NCBI GenBank assembly: GCA_038143065.1
Contig: JAYQLI010000035.1
Span: forward strand, 192,001 to 256,000
DNA length: 64,000 bases
Source: Rhodospirillales bacterium
GTDB lineage: Bacteria > Pseudomonadota > Alphaproteobacteria > Bin95
Reading direction: 5' to 3'
A program made the position numbers and the translations under genes. Within the stretch, counting starts at the first letter, position 1; every line of letters begins with the position of its first letter. Of the stretch, positions 46,915-58,590 are shown piece by piece. The notes below the pieces were generated by a model. The model was not told the DNA's origin. It searched no databases and was given only the letters and a program-made list of their open reading frames with translations.

Positions 46915-48491
46915 TTAATCAAATTTAAGCGTCTTCACTGTAAGTACATCTGGTAAGTTTTCTAAGGTTTTAAGGACTTCTGGGGAACATGCACTATCGA
47001 GCTGTATTAGTGCGACAGCAGACCCGTCGCCCTCTGCACGTCCAAGATGAAAATTAGCAATGTTTACACCAGCGTTGCCTAGAGTTGAACCAAGGCGGCC
47101 TATGAACCCTGGTTTGTCTTCGTTGCGAACAAATAACATGAAGCCTTTGAGTTCTGCTTCCATCCGTGCATCGTGCATACGAACTAAACGAGGTGCACCA
47201 CCGAATATAGCCCCGGATGCACTGCGCTGACGGCGGTCTGTCTCAACAGATACAGTAATAGTTGCCTGATAATTTTCTATTTCTTGATTGGAAACCTCCG
47301 TAACCTCAATTCCTCGCTCTCGTGCCATTAAAGGAGCATTGACCATATTCACACTGTCAACTTGAGGCCTTAGCAGCCCTTCCAGCGCGATAGCAGTCAG
47401 TGGGCGTGTGTTAAGGGTAGCCACATGGCCACGGTAGGTAAGTGTAACTTTTCGAAGACCGGTTTCAGTTAATTGCCCAGCAAAACTTCCAAGTCGTGCA
47501 GCTAAATCCATGTAGGGCTTTAGTTTAGGAGCATCTTCAGCCGATATCGAAGGCATATTTATCGCGTTTGAAACGGCCCCATTTAACAGGTAATCAGACA
47601 TCTGCTCTGCTACCTGAATTGCAACATTCTCTTGCGCTTCTTCAGTTGCGGCACCTAGGTGGGGGTGGCAATAAAATTTGGACAGCCAAAGAGAGGATTA
47701 TCTTTTGCGGGTTCAACCGCGAAAACATCGAAAGCGGCTCCAGCAACCTGGCCTGATTTAAGCGCTTCAGCCAGGTCCTCTTCAACTACTAGACCACCAC
47801 GAGCGCAATTCACAATTCTTACGCCAGGTTTGCATTTGGCGAGAGATACCTTGTTAATCATTCCCCGTGTCTGGTCAGTCATTGGGGTGTGGAGGGTGAT
47901 GAAATCCGAACGTACAAGAACTGCTTCTAGGTCACCCTTTTCAACGCCTAGGTCGCGTGCTCTATCCTCTGAAAGGAAGGGATCGAATGCTAACACGCGC
48001 ATGCGAAGGCCTAAGGCACGCTCTGCAACAATAGAGCCAATGTTCCCACAGCCGATAAGACCTAAGGTCTTTCCAGTAAGCTCTACGCCCATGAAACGGG
48101 ACTTTTCCCATTTGCCAGCTTGAGTAGACGCATCGGCCGCAGGTATTTGCCGCGCCGTTGCGAACAGCATGGCAATGGCATGTTCCGCGGTCGTAATTGT
48201 GTTGCCATGAGGGGTGTTCATTACAACTACACCACGCGAAGTAGCTGCAGACACGTCTACGTTATCTACGCCAATACCTGCGCGTCCTATCACTTTAAGG
48301 TTGGAAGCAGCAGACAGCATTTCCGCAGTAACTTTTGTAGCAGATCGGATTGCTAAACCATCGTACTTACCAATAATTTTAATTTGCTCATCAGCAGGCA
48401 GGCCAGGCTTGAAATCAACCTCAATTCCGCGTGTCTGAAAAATTTCTAGAGCACGTTCAGAGAGTTGGTCAGAGATAAGTACCTTAGCCAT
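46915..48491 (-). CDS. serA: D-3-phosphoglycerate dehydrogenase; frameshift at C-run near 47660
   Basis: [29 protein letters not shown] split by an indel; C-terminal ACT domain (DKPGFIG). Confidence 0.95.
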
Positions 48492-48494
48492 TAT

Positions 48495-49669
48495 TTATAC
48501 AGCCTTTTTGAAGGTTTCAGCTTTTGTGATCTGATAGGACCAGTCTAGCCAAGGAAGCAAAGCGGCCATGTCGCTCTCTTCAACTGTTGCTCCTCCCCAA
48601 AGTCTTAAGCTTGGGGGCGCATCACGATGATTATTTGTATCGTAAGCGATACCTTCAACTTCTAAGCGAGAGGAGAGAGATTTCGAGAATGCTCGTAATT
48701 CATCTTCCGATAGGTTTTTGAGGTCTGGGTCGACGTACTTAAGACAGATTGCTGTTGAGGAGCGTGTGTCTTTTGAAACTGCCATGAAGTCTGCCCATTG
48801 AGAGACAGCTACCCAGTCTTCTACAGCTTTTAGAGATGCTTTAGAGCGAGTGACACAAGCTTGTCCACCACCAATTTTCTTGAACCAACGAAGTCCATCA
48901 AGAGCATCTTCGACACATAACATGGACGGGGTGTTTAACGTTTCACCCTTGAACAGACCTTCGTTAAGTTTACCAGCTTTGGTCATCCTAAAAATTTTTG
49001 GAAGGGGCCATGGTGGATCATATGTTTCGAGCCTTTCAACTGCTCGAGGAGATAAAGCAAGCATGCCATGGGCAGCTTCTCCTCCCATAGCCTTTTGCCA
49101 TGACCAGGTAACAACGTCCAACTTACTCCAAGGTAATTCCATAGCGAAAGCAGCTGATGTTGCATCACATATAGAAAGTCCCTCTCTATCAGCCGGAATC
49201 CAGTCAGCGTGAGGAACGCGAACACCTGAAGTCGTTCCATTCCAACAGAAGACTACGTCTCGGTTCCAGTCAACTAAACTTAGATTAGGAATTTCGCCAT
49301 ATGGAGCCTCCAGAATTCGAAGGTCATCAAGCTTAAGCTGGGACTTAAGATCAGTTGCCCATGACTTCCAAAGCTTTCCCAGACAAGGCTATCTACACCA
49401 CGTTTTCCGAGCAAAGACCAAAGTGCCATTTCTACAGCACCGGTATCGGAGGCAGGCACAATTGCAAGGCGCCAATCTTCAGGCATTTGCAAAATAGATT
49501 TTGATTGTTCGATAACCTCAAGCAGCTTGGCTTTGCCAGGCGTTGAGCGATGAGAACGACCGAGGAGAGCATCGTCGAGAGCTTTTGTAGACCAACCAGG
49601 GCGCTTAGGGCAGGGTCCTGATGAAAAGTAGGGATTTTTCGGACGAATTGCAGGCTTATTGGTCATCAT
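48495..49669 (-). CDS. serC: Phosphoserine aminotransferase (Methanosarcina/alpha type); frameshifted near 49280-49360
   Basis: [49 protein letters not shown]. Confidence 0.93.
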
Positions 49670-49882
49670 AAAATGCTCCAAACCAGGAATGAGATTCGGC
49701 GTACGGCACGCCCCTTTTAGGCACAACAGTGCGGATCGCCGCAGACATATGATTAGTTAAAAAAAAGGAGAGATGTTGTGGGCAAAACACCTAGGATCAT
49801 AAAACATGGCAGTCAGGACTGGATTTCTAGCGATTAAAGTGAACTTAAATACTGCCTTTCGGGTGCGCAGTCTTAAATTACG

Positions 49883-50754
49883 CTATCGAGTCGGAATTGG
49901 TTCAGGGCCGCTATAGTCATAGAAGCCTCTTCCTGTTTTTCTTCCAAGCCAACCAGCTTCAACATATTTCACAAGAAGAGGGCATGGCCGATACTTCGAG
50001 TCTGCTAAACCTTCATACAGAACCTGCATAACGGATAGACAGGTGTCGAGGCCAATAAAGTCGGCGAGCTCTAACGGTCCCATTGGATGGTTGGCGCCAA
50101 GCTTCATTGCTGTATCAATTGCTTCGACAGATCCAACTCCCTCGTAGAGGGTATAAACAGCCTCATTGATCATTGGGAGAAGTATTCTATTGACTATGAA
50201 TGCCGGGAAATCCTCGGAAGAAACCGCCTGTTTCCCAAGAGCTTTGGTAAGATCGCGAACAGCTCCCACTGTTTCATCTTCAGTTGCAATACCTCTAATT
50301 ACTTCAACCAGCTGCATCATCGGCACTGGATTCATAAAGTGCATTCCGATGAAACGACCTGGACGATCTGTTGCTGCGGCAAGACGAGTGATTGGGATTG
50401 AGGAAGTATTGGTGGCTATTATTGCCTCAGAATTGAGGTGCGGAATTAACGCTTCAAAGACCGTTTTTTAACTGCCTCATCCTCAGTTGCAGCTTCAACA
50501 ACCATCTGCCGATCTAACATATCAGCCATAGATGTAGATGTTTGAACTCTTAAAAGCGCTTCGTGCTTATCAACTTCTTCAAAGAGGCCGCGGCGGACCT
50601 GACGTTCCATATTTTGGTCCATCGCTTGCATTGCAGCGTCAAGGCGATCTTCACTAATATCCATGAGCCGAACGTCTAGGCCTGATAATGCGCAAACATG
50701 CGCAATGCCAGTGCCCATCTGCCCAGCGCCGATGACACCGATACGCTTAATCAT
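49883..50754 (-). CDS. hbd: 3-hydroxybutyryl-CoA dehydrogenase; frameshift near 50465
   Basis: [36 protein letters not shown]. Confidence 0.93.
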
Positions 50755-50780
50755 ATGGATTGTCCTAAAGAAGTCGGCCG

Positions 50781-51731
50781 TTAGCTGGCCGCCTTGCGTG
50801 TTTCAATTTCTGATGTCAGTTCGGGGACCGATTTAAATAAATCACCAACAAGTCCGTAGTCGGCTACTGAAAATATTGGAGCCTCCTCATCTTTGTTTAT
50901 GGCTACTATTACCTTCGAGTCTTTCATTCCAGCTAAATGCTGGATAGCGCCTGATATACCAACAGCAATATACAATTCTGGAGCGACGACTTTACCCGTT
51001 TGTCCGACTTGATAGTCGTTGGGTACAAAACCAGCATCTACAGCAGCTCGGCTTGCGCCAACTGCTGCACCAAGCTTATCAGCTAGCTCCTCTAGGATCG
51101 CGAAATTTTCTCCAGAACCCATTCCTCGCCCACCGGAAACAATAATTCCAGCCTGAGTGAGTTCCGGGCGTTCTGACTTTGTGAGTTCACGGCCATTAAA
51201 TACGGAAAGACCAGTGTCTCCAGCGGAAGCTACATCTTCTACTGACGCCGAACCTCCTTCACTGGCCGCAGCATCAAAAGCGGTCGCTCTTACGGTAATT
51301 AACTTTATAGCATCAGAAGATTTTACTGTTGCCAATGCATTTCCAGCGTAGATTGGGCGAACGAAGGTGTCAGCATCTATGACGTCTGTTATTTCTGAAA
51401 TTTGTTGGACGTCTAATAGTGCAGATGCGCGCGGCATCACGTTTTTCCCGAAGCTTGTCGCGCCAACCAGGACGTGAGAATAACTAGACGCTACGTTTTT
51501 CACGAGGCTAGCTACATTTTCGGCTAGTCCATTTGCGTAGGCAGCATCATCAGCTTTAAGAACTTTAGCTACACCAGAAATTTTTGTAGCTGCTTCCGCA
51601 TGGCTGGAACAATCTGCTCCAGTAACTAGCATGTGGACATCACTATCAATTGCTAAAGCTGCAGTAACAGCATTCCTTGATTGAGGAACAATGCCGTTTG
51701 CATCGGTTTCAGCGAGAACTAAGACACTCAT
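50781..51731 (-). CDS. etfA: Electron transfer flavoprotein alpha subunit
   Basis: [28 protein letters not shown]. Confidence 0.97.
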   Translation of the reverse strand: MSVLVLAETDANGIVPQSRNAVTAALAIDSDVHMLVTGADCSSHAEAATKISGVAKVLKADDAAYANGLAENVASLVKNVASSYSHVLVGATSFGKNVMPRASALLDVQQISEITDVIDADTFVRPIYAGNALATVKSSDAIKLITVRATAFDAAASEGGSASVEDVASAGDTGLSVFNGRELTKSERPELTQAGIIVSGGRGMGSGENFAILEELADKLGAAVGASRAAVDAGFVPNDYQVGQTGKVVAPELYIAVGISGAIQHLAGMKDSKVIVAINKDEEAPIFSVADYGLVGDLFKSVPELTSEIETRKAAS

Positions 51732-52480
51732 TAGATCACCTTCGCTTCATTCATGAGCTTATCAACAAGTTGTGCAACATCTTCTACTTTGGCACCACCC
51801 TCACGCTTTGGAGGCTCAGCCACTGTTAATACTTCAAGACGTGGTGTTTCATCCACACCAAGATCAGCTGGTGACGTTTCGTCAATGGGCTTTTTCTTTG
51901 CTTTCATGATATTCGGCAGTGACGCATATCTAGGTTCGTTTAACCGCAAATCTGATGTCACAACAGCTGGAAGTGTAACAGTTATGGTTTCTAGTCCACC
52001 ATCCACTTCGCGCGTCACTTGAGCGTTACCGCCATCGACTTTCACCACGGATGCAAATGTCGCTTGAGCCCAGCCAAGGAGGGCTGCCGTCATTTGTCCA
52101 GTTTGGTTGCTGTCATCATCGATGGCTTGTTTTCCTACGATGATAAGCTGAGGTTGCTCTTTGTCCGCAAGCGCCTTTAAGCATTTGGCTACTGCCAACG
52201 GCTCTAAGTTAGCATCGGTTTTTACGAGAATACCGCGATCTGCACCCATAGCGAGAGCAGTTCTGATTGTCTCTTGTGCCTGTTGAGGACCAATAGAAAC
52301 TGCTATGACCTCTTCGGCCACGCCAGCTTCCTTCATGCGAACCGCTTCTTCTATTGATATCTCATCAAAAGGGTTCATGGACATTTTTACGTTTTGCGTT
52401 TCGACACCGCTACCATCCGGTTTCACTCGGATTTTTACGTTGTAGTCGATGACGCGTTTAACGGGCACCAGCACTTTCAT
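51731..52480 (-). CDS. etfB: Electron transfer flavoprotein beta subunit
   Basis: [34 protein letters not shown]. Confidence 0.97.
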   Translation of the reverse strand: MKVLVPVKRVIDYNVKIRVKPDGSGVETQNVKMSMNPFDEISIEEAVRMKEAGVAEEVIAVSIGPQQAQETIRTALAMGADRGILVKTDANLEPLAVAKCLKALADKEQPQLIIVGKQAIDDDSNQTGQMTAALLGWAQATFASVVKVDGGNAQVTREVDGGLETITVTLPAVVTSDLRLNEPRYASLPNIMKAKKKPIDETSPADLGVDETPRLEVLTVAEPPKREGGAKVEDVAQLVDKLMNEAKVI

Positions 52481-52559
52481 TTTTGGGCGGTCGCCTTTCA
52501 AGTACTCGGGTAAAAGGAACAAATCAAACACCAGCGTGTGAGATTCAACTATATGAGAC

Positions 52560-52588
52560 GATTTAAGAAGAGCCTTCGCCTGAGTCAA
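52560..52588 (-). promoter_or_regulatory. Putative sigma70 promoter of etfB-etfA-hbd
   Basis: TTGACT-17 nt-TAAATC. Confidence 0.4.
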
Positions 52589-52771
52589 GTTTTTCAAGGC
52601 AATACTAATTACGATTATTAACTAGATTGCTTATATGACATCTCAGGTCGCAAGGAATATGCACCTCCCTAACCTCTGTGCCGTTTCCTGTTCGTTCTTT
52701 CCTCAATAAAAATTTAATGGCTAAAGATGTGCCGCATATTACATAGGTGTTTAAATCATCTTATGTCTTTC

Positions 52772-52787
52772 AAACAGTCGACTGTTT
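52772..52787. promoter_or_regulatory. Perfect 16-bp palindrome AAACAGTCGACTGTTT, candidate operator
   Basis: Sits 3 nt before the GGAG SD of panC. Confidence 0.45.
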
Positions 52788-52800
52788 TCAGGAGAAATAA

Positions 52801-53661
52801 ATGACGGCGGCAGCAGTTGATATTGTACGGACTGTCGAGGAATTGCGGAGTAGGGTTATCTCTTGGCGGTCAGAAGCTTTGAGTGTGGGACTGATCCCTA
52901 CCATGGGTGCGCTTCACGCAGGGCATTTGAGCCTCGTAGAGGCAGCCCTAAAAGAATATGACAGGGTAATAGCTACTCTATTTGTCAATCCACGTCAGTT
53001 TGATCGTCCCGAAGACCTAGCGAAGTATCCCAGGACTGAGGACGACGATGCGGCTAAGTTGGCGTCCGCTAATGCACATTTGCTGTATGCACCAAACGTC
53101 GATGAGATATACCCGTCTGGATATTCTACTAATATCTCAGTGTCGGGTGTTAGTTCAGGATTATGTGGTGGCGATAGACCAGGCCATTTTGATGGCGTGG
53201 CAACTGTGTGCACAAAATTATTTCTGCAATCCGGAGCAGATGGTGCTTTTTTTGGAGAAAAAGATTTTCAACAATTACGCGTGGTTCAACAATTTGTCAG
53301 AGATTTAAATATCCCAATACTAATTCATCCATGCCCGACAGTACGCGAAGATGATGGGCTTGCCTTATCATCTAGAAATAAACACCTCTCTGATGAAATG
53401 CGTTCTCGCGCACCCGTGTTGCACCAGCGCTTGAGGGCAGCGGCAGAACAGCTACTTAATGGTGCTCCAGTAGATGTTATTATGAAAGAATCCATAGATT
53501 TTATTTTAAAATCGGGTTTCGATCGTGTGGACTATTTTGAGCTCCGAGATGCTAAAAATCTGGGACTTCTGCAACAAAACTCTTCGAATTCAAGACTTTT
53601 CGTAGCGGCTTGGTTGGGTAAAGTTAGACTCATAGATAATATAGCCGTTATACCTTCTTAG
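52801..53661 (+). CDS. panC: Pantoate-beta-alanine ligase
   Basis: PTMGALHAGH, FVNPRQF, RPGHFDGV, GEKDFQQ, LALSSRN, RLIDN. Confidence 0.97.
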   Translation: MTAAAVDIVRTVEELRSRVISWRSEALSVGLIPTMGALHAGHLSLVEAALKEYDRVIATLFVNPRQFDRPEDLAKYPRTEDDDAAKLASANAHLLYAPNVDEIYPSGYSTNISVSGVSSGLCGGDRPGHFDGVATVCTKLFLQSGADGAFFGEKDFQQLRVVQQFVRDLNIPILIHPCPTVREDDGLALSSRNKHLSDEMRSRAPVLHQRLRAAAEQLLNGAPVDVIMKESIDFILKSGFDRVDYFELRDAKNLGLLQQNSSNSRLFVAAWLGKVRLIDNIAVIPS

Positions 53662-53699
53662 CTCAGCTGCTCAGAAAATTTCAGGGACTCAGTAAAGTC

Positions 53700-54905
53700 A
53701 TGACCACTGCTTTAGACAAAGATAGAATTCGGTTGCGCGATCAAGCTCGTGAGTTAGCGCAAGGACCTATAAGGGCCCGGGCTGCTGAAGTTGATAGAAC
53801 TGAGCAATACCCTTGGGATCATGTTGATGCGATGAAAGATGCAGGATTCCTCGGGATGACTATCCCTAAGGCTTATGGAGGGCAAAGCAAGGACTGGCTT
53901 GATGCTGTTCTCGTAATCGAGGAGATGGCTAAGACTTGCTCAATTGCAGGGCGCATTGCGGTTGAAACCAACATGGGTGCTGTTTCAGCAATAATGGCTT
54001 ATGGCTCTGAAGAACAACGTAAACTTGCGGCTGATATGGTGTTGTCTGGAGATAAGCCTGCGATCTGTATTACTGAGCCAGACGCGGGATCAGACGCCAG
54101 CGGTATGACCACGCGAGCAGATAAGCGAGGCAACCGGTATGTTATGAATGGAAAGAAGCATTGGATTACTGGGGGCGGGGTGTCGAGGCTTCATTTAATA
54201 TTTGCAAAGATATTTGATGAGCAGGGAAATTTTGAGGGTGTAGGAGGTTTTTTAGCTATCAGGGATGAAACCCAAGGGCTTGAGATTGTGAAGCGTGAGC
54301 CAACAATGGGACTTCGTGGAATTCCTGAAGCAGAAGTAGCCTTTAATGATATGGAGCTCCCTCCTTCAGCATTAATCATGCCCCCCAGAGGTCTCAAGAA
54401 AGGCTTCGCGGATCTTATGACCGCGTACAATAGCCAACGTGTTGGTGCGGGCACAGTTGCACTCGGTATCATGGAAGGTGCCTATGAACTTGCTCTTGAT
54501 TGGACGGAAGAGCGGGAGCAATTTGGGCGTCCGATAAATGAATTTCAGGGTGTGCAATGGCGTCTAGCAGATATGTCAATTCGTATCGCAGCAGCTCAGG
54601 CATTGATTTATAAAGCGGCAGAGAGTGGTAAGGGTGGCTTCCCCGATAAAATTATGGCTGCACAGGCCAAGATTTATACCTCGGAAAACGCCATTCAAGT
54701 TGTCAATGAAGCTCTGCAGCTGTTCGGAGCCCGGGGTATTCTAGAAACTTACCTCTGGAGAGAATGGCTCGCGATGTTCGCATGTTTTACAATTGGGGGC
54801 GGTACAGCGGAAGTACTACGTAACGTGGTTGCTTCGGGATTGTTGGGCAAAAAACTGCCCCAAACGCGAGATGGTTATTTGCCAAAAATGGAGGCAGCAG
54901 AGTAA
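53700..54905 (+). CDS. acdA: 3-sulfinopropionyl-CoA desulfinase-like acyl-CoA dehydrogenase (AcdA family); compensated indels near 54740-54785
   Basis: TEQYPWD, GDKPAICITEP, WITGGGVS.LHLIFA, AYNSQRVGAG, KLPQTRDGY; IGGGT replaces the catalytic-Glu motif IYEGT. Confidence 0.8.
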   Translation: MTTALDKDRIRLRDQARELAQGPIRARAAEVDRTEQYPWDHVDAMKDAGFLGMTIPKAYGGQSKDWLDAVLVIEEMAKTCSIAGRIAVETNMGAVSAIMAYGSEEQRKLAADMVLSGDKPAICITEPDAGSDASGMTTRADKRGNRYVMNGKKHWITGGGVSRLHLIFAKIFDEQGNFEGVGGFLAIRDETQGLEIVKREPTMGLRGIPEAEVAFNDMELPPSALIMPPRGLKKGFADLMTAYNSQRVGAGTVALGIMEGAYELALDWTEEREQFGRPINEFQGVQWRLADMSIRIAAAQALIYKAAESGKGGFPDKIMAAQAKIYTSENAIQVVNEALQLFGARGILETYLWREWLAMFACFTIGGGTAEVLRNVVASGLLGKKLPQTRDGYLPKMEAAE

Positions 54906-54981
54906 TTTAGGAAATTATCTTTGCGCTAATTCTGCGTTTGATCGCCCAACATTCCTCGTAATACGGGTGTTTTAATTTCAT

Positions 54982-55802
54982 TCACTTTTTGGCGTCGCGC
55001 TCTAACTGCTCCCAGTCAAACATTGCAGGCTGTTTGGTTGCGAAACGCTTGATGGCGTCTTTATGAAATTCGGTTGGGTAAAGTTGGGCTTGCCCGAAAG
55101 CTTCAAATTCTAACATTGTGCGATGATCGCTTTCGAAGCTTTTTGCAACAGCACCTTTGCAGTGGCAATTGCAGTTGTTGAAGCCTTGCAAAAACGTCGA
55201 GCAAAGTCTGAGGCGCTTGTAACCAAGTCCTCATCATTTTCTACAATGGTATGAACAAAACCAAGGCTTTTAGCTTCATCAGGTTTCACACGCCGTCCCG
55301 TAAAAATTATGTCTTTTGCTTTCTGCATGCCGATAGTGCGAGGCAACGTATACAGCAGGCCCCAGTCTGGAATGAGGCCAATACGTGCAAAGGAACATGT
55401 AAAGCGTGTTGAGGGACCGGCGAAGACGAAGTCTGCCATAAGTGCTAAGCCAAAACCGGCTCCCGCTGCATGTCCATTTACGGCCGCGATAACAGGAAGT
55501 TCAAGGTGAAGTAGCTCAAAAAGCCGAGTTTGAGAACGACGCATGCGGGCTCTACCAGCAACGACATCATTGCGTTTTGGGTCATTCATGGCTTTTACGT
55601 CGCCACCTGCACAAAATGAATTACCAGCTCCAGTTATCACTAACGCTTTTACTTCCGTCCCTGCTTTGGCCTTGAGGTCCTGAATAATCCAATCAAGGTC
55701 TGCGCGCATTTCTTCGGAAAGCGCATTGCGCGCCTCTGGGCGGTTAAGAGTGATGACCGCCAAACCATCATTTATGGAATATAAAGCGTGCTGAAGTTGC
55801 AT
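54982..55802 (-). CDS. Enoyl-CoA hydratase/isomerase; frameshift near 55150
   Basis: LNRPEARNAL, FCAGGDV, AAGAG, IGLIPDWG. Confidence 0.88.
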
Positions 55803-55857
55803 TATGCATCCCTTCGTTAAAATTTCGCACAGGTAGAATTTTCTATAGGTTGTTTTT

Positions 55858-56408
55858 TTAAACTCTTTCTGACAGCCAAATGGCGAGTTTTGAGCCTCGT
55901 TTGATAAAAAAGCTCATTACTTCAAAACCTGGAGCTTGTTCAGCGTCATGTTCGAGACCGATATCTCTGTGTTCAAGCTCTTCTGCACGGAATTCAGCGA
56001 TAGATTGTTTTAGCTTATTTTCACTTTCAGGAAGTCTGTCGAGCTGGCTCTGGTAATGCTCGTCGATAGCCTCTTCGACAGCAACTGTGCACGCCATTGC
56101 TGCCTTTGGCCCCATTAGTGCCGTGGCAGCACCTAGGCAAAGCCAGCAGCATGCCAAATTGGTAAGAGAGCTGTTGGCCTAATCCCTCGATCGCTTATGG
56201 CATCTGAGAAGAAATTAAGGTGCTTCTCCTCTTGTTCGGCCATATGTTGAATTGTGGGAGCATACTTAGACTTTCCCAGAACAGCGAGCTGTCCTGCATA
56301 AAGCCATTTTGCCCCAAACTCTCCCGCAGGATCCACGCGAATTATCCGTTCAATTTCTTCTTTTTCTGAAGGATCACCCGCCAGGCGCTGTTTCGATTTT
56401 TCAGTCAT
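55858..56408 (-). CDS. coq7: Demethoxyubiquinone hydroxylase Coq7; frameshift near 56135
   Basis: IIRVD.AGE.GA, QEEKH, RPTALLPIW, AMACTVAVEE.IDEHY, EELEH. Confidence 0.9.
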
Positions 56409-56930
56409 TTTGAAAAAATCCGTTTCACATCTCTTATCACCACATAGAGCGCGCTTGTTCCGGTGACCAGAGCAATTAAACCATTCCATCCAGCCATGGA
56501 GATGCCTAAGAATGACCAGGCTATTTCATCACAGCGTACTACAGGACGGGTAAGTAGCTGTTTTCGAATATCTTCGATATTGCCTGTACCAAATCCTTGA
56601 AACCCAGATCCACATTCTGCCGTTCCGGCCCACCAGTGCTGCTCTACACCTACATGAAAAGCAGCAAAACCGGCTCCCTGTTAATGCTGCAATGGCAGCG
56701 ATTAAGAGTAGAAGAAGGCTTATGGCAATCCGGCTTTTGCCTTCTGCTAATAAAGAAAGAAAGGAGAAAAGGACCGCAATACCCCAAGCTTTTCTTTGGT
56801 CTATACACAAAGCGCAAGGCGCAAGGTTTCCAAGGTGTTGGAACGCCAAGGCTGCAGCAAGCGCAGCAAGCCCAATACCAGCCATTAGGGCAGCCGCATT
56901 TAATCTGTTGACCGAGGCGAAGAATTTCAT
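56405..56930 (-). CDS. dsbB: Disulfide bond formation protein B family; frameshift near 56675
   Basis: PCALCIDQR, then FHVGVEQHWWAG..C..VRCDEIAWSFLGISMAGWN; ATGA overlap with coq7. Confidence 0.85.
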
Positions 56931-56957
56931 CTTATCAAGATATCATGTGATCTGAGC

Positions 56958-58077
56958 TCAACGCGAGCGTGGTGTCAGATTAATTCCGCGTTCGCTGTTT
57001 TGATTTGTTTCTCCAGCTAGAGCACTCCAACTGTCACGAATTCTGATGAGTGCTTGTCGCTCTTTCTTGGTATCAATTTTTGCTTTTACTGACATACCTG
57101 CTCGCAGCGAGCTCAAGCCTGGTCCCGGTTTTAGCCGAAGCTTAACTGGCAAACGCTGAACTACCTTTACCCAATTTCCAGTAGCATTTTGCGGTGGGAG
57201 TATTGCAAATTCTGCTCCAGTCGCGGGACTAATGCTTTCAACTTCAGCATCAATCGAAACGTCGGGATAAGCATCTGGTGAAATCACCGCAGTTTGGCCA
57301 ACTTCAATGTTTGTAAGCTCTGTTTCCTTTAAGTTAGCGATGACCCAAGGAGTTTGATCAACGATTAAACTAAAAGCTGCATCGCCGGCATCTAAATGCT
57401 CGCCAACTTGGAGATGCATGTTCGAGATAATTCCCGAAGTGGGTGCCATTACTACAGTCCGCTTCAGGTCTAGTTTCTTAGCTTCAAGTTCGGCCATTCT
57501 GCTGAGGTAGAGGGCACGCTGCTCCAGACGGGCGTTCAGGAACTCCGGAAAGTACAGCTTTTACCCGCTCAACTTTGGCCCGAACAGTTCTCAAACGGTC
57601 TTTTGCAACGGATAATTGGAGTTCAGCTTCGTCGGCGCGAGAGCGAGTGGTTACCCCTCGGGTGAGAAGACTGCGCTGGCGTTCAACATCCTTGGTGTAA
57701 TAAGAAATTCGGCTCTGCCACTCGCCTTCTTCCGTTACAGCTTCTTTTAATTCAGCTTGTAGGCTCGCAATGGCAGCACCAACTTTTGCGAGCTCAGCCT
57801 CTGCATGGGCTACAGCGATTTTAAAAGGCTCTGGATCAACTCGAAAGAGGATATCTCCAGCCTCAACTCTATCGTGATCCCTGACGAGGACGTCTATCAC
57901 TCGGCCATCTAGATCGGTGGAGATTTGAACGATATCTGACTTCACATAGGCATTTTCAGTGCTGACATATCGTCCGCCCGTTAGATAAAAATACCCGGCT
58001 GCAGCGATAGCCGCAGCTGGAAGACAGATCAGTAATACAAAGCGCATTAAGCCGCGTGAGAGTCTGCGGAAAGCCAT
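56958..58077 (-). CDS. HlyD/EmrA family membrane-fusion protein; frameshift near 57500-57525
   Basis: STENAYV, ANLKETEL, LPPQNATGNWVKVVQRLPV. Confidence 0.9.
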
Positions 58078-58082
58078 AAATT

Positions 58083-58562
58083 TTACTCCGCCGCACTGCT
58101 TTGCGCGGCTGTTTCGGGAATTGTTGAGCGTGATTGGACTACTTCGGAGAGTCGGCCCCTAACCATGGTCATGAGATCCATAAGAGTTTCACGTTGATCA
58201 TCACTGAGATCTCTTGTTGCCTCTGCAACGATTTTGTCAGCTACAGCTCGTATTTTTGCTTGGGCCGTTGCTGCGCTAGGAGTTGGAAATACGCGCCTAA
58301 CACGCCGGTCAACGGGATCGGGCTCTCTGCGAACAAGCCCATTTTCCTCTAATCGATCTAGAAGCCGTCCTGCCGTTGCTCTCTCAACCTCCATCATTTC
58401 GGCTAACTCTGTTTGGGAGCAACCTGGTCTTCGGGCTAATCGAGCGAGAACCATCCATTGAGCGCGTGTTACGCCAAGGGCATTTACCTGGCGATCAAAC
58501 TCAGTTCTCATTAGTCTTGATATGTCTGCGGCCAGAAAACCAACGTGGCGGTCGTCTTCCAA
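58083..58562 (-). CDS. MarR family transcriptional regulator (SlyA-like)
   Basis: TRAQWMVL, SQTELA, LDRLEENGLVRREPDPVDRR. Confidence 0.92.
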   Translation of the reverse strand: MEDDRHVGFLAADISRLMRTEFDRQVNALGVTRAQWMVLARLARRPGCSQTELAEMMEVERATAGRLLDRLEENGLVRREPDPVDRRVRRVFPTPSAATAQAKIRAVADKIVAEATRDLSDDQRETLMDLMTMVRGRLSEVVQSRSTIPETAAQSSAAE

Positions 58563-58590
58563 TTAACTCACACCTAAGAGAAGGGATACA

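Noticed and set aside
52481-52597. 39-aa N-terminal extension of EtfB
   Set aside because: The conserved start is MKVLV at 52480; the extension covers the putative promoter
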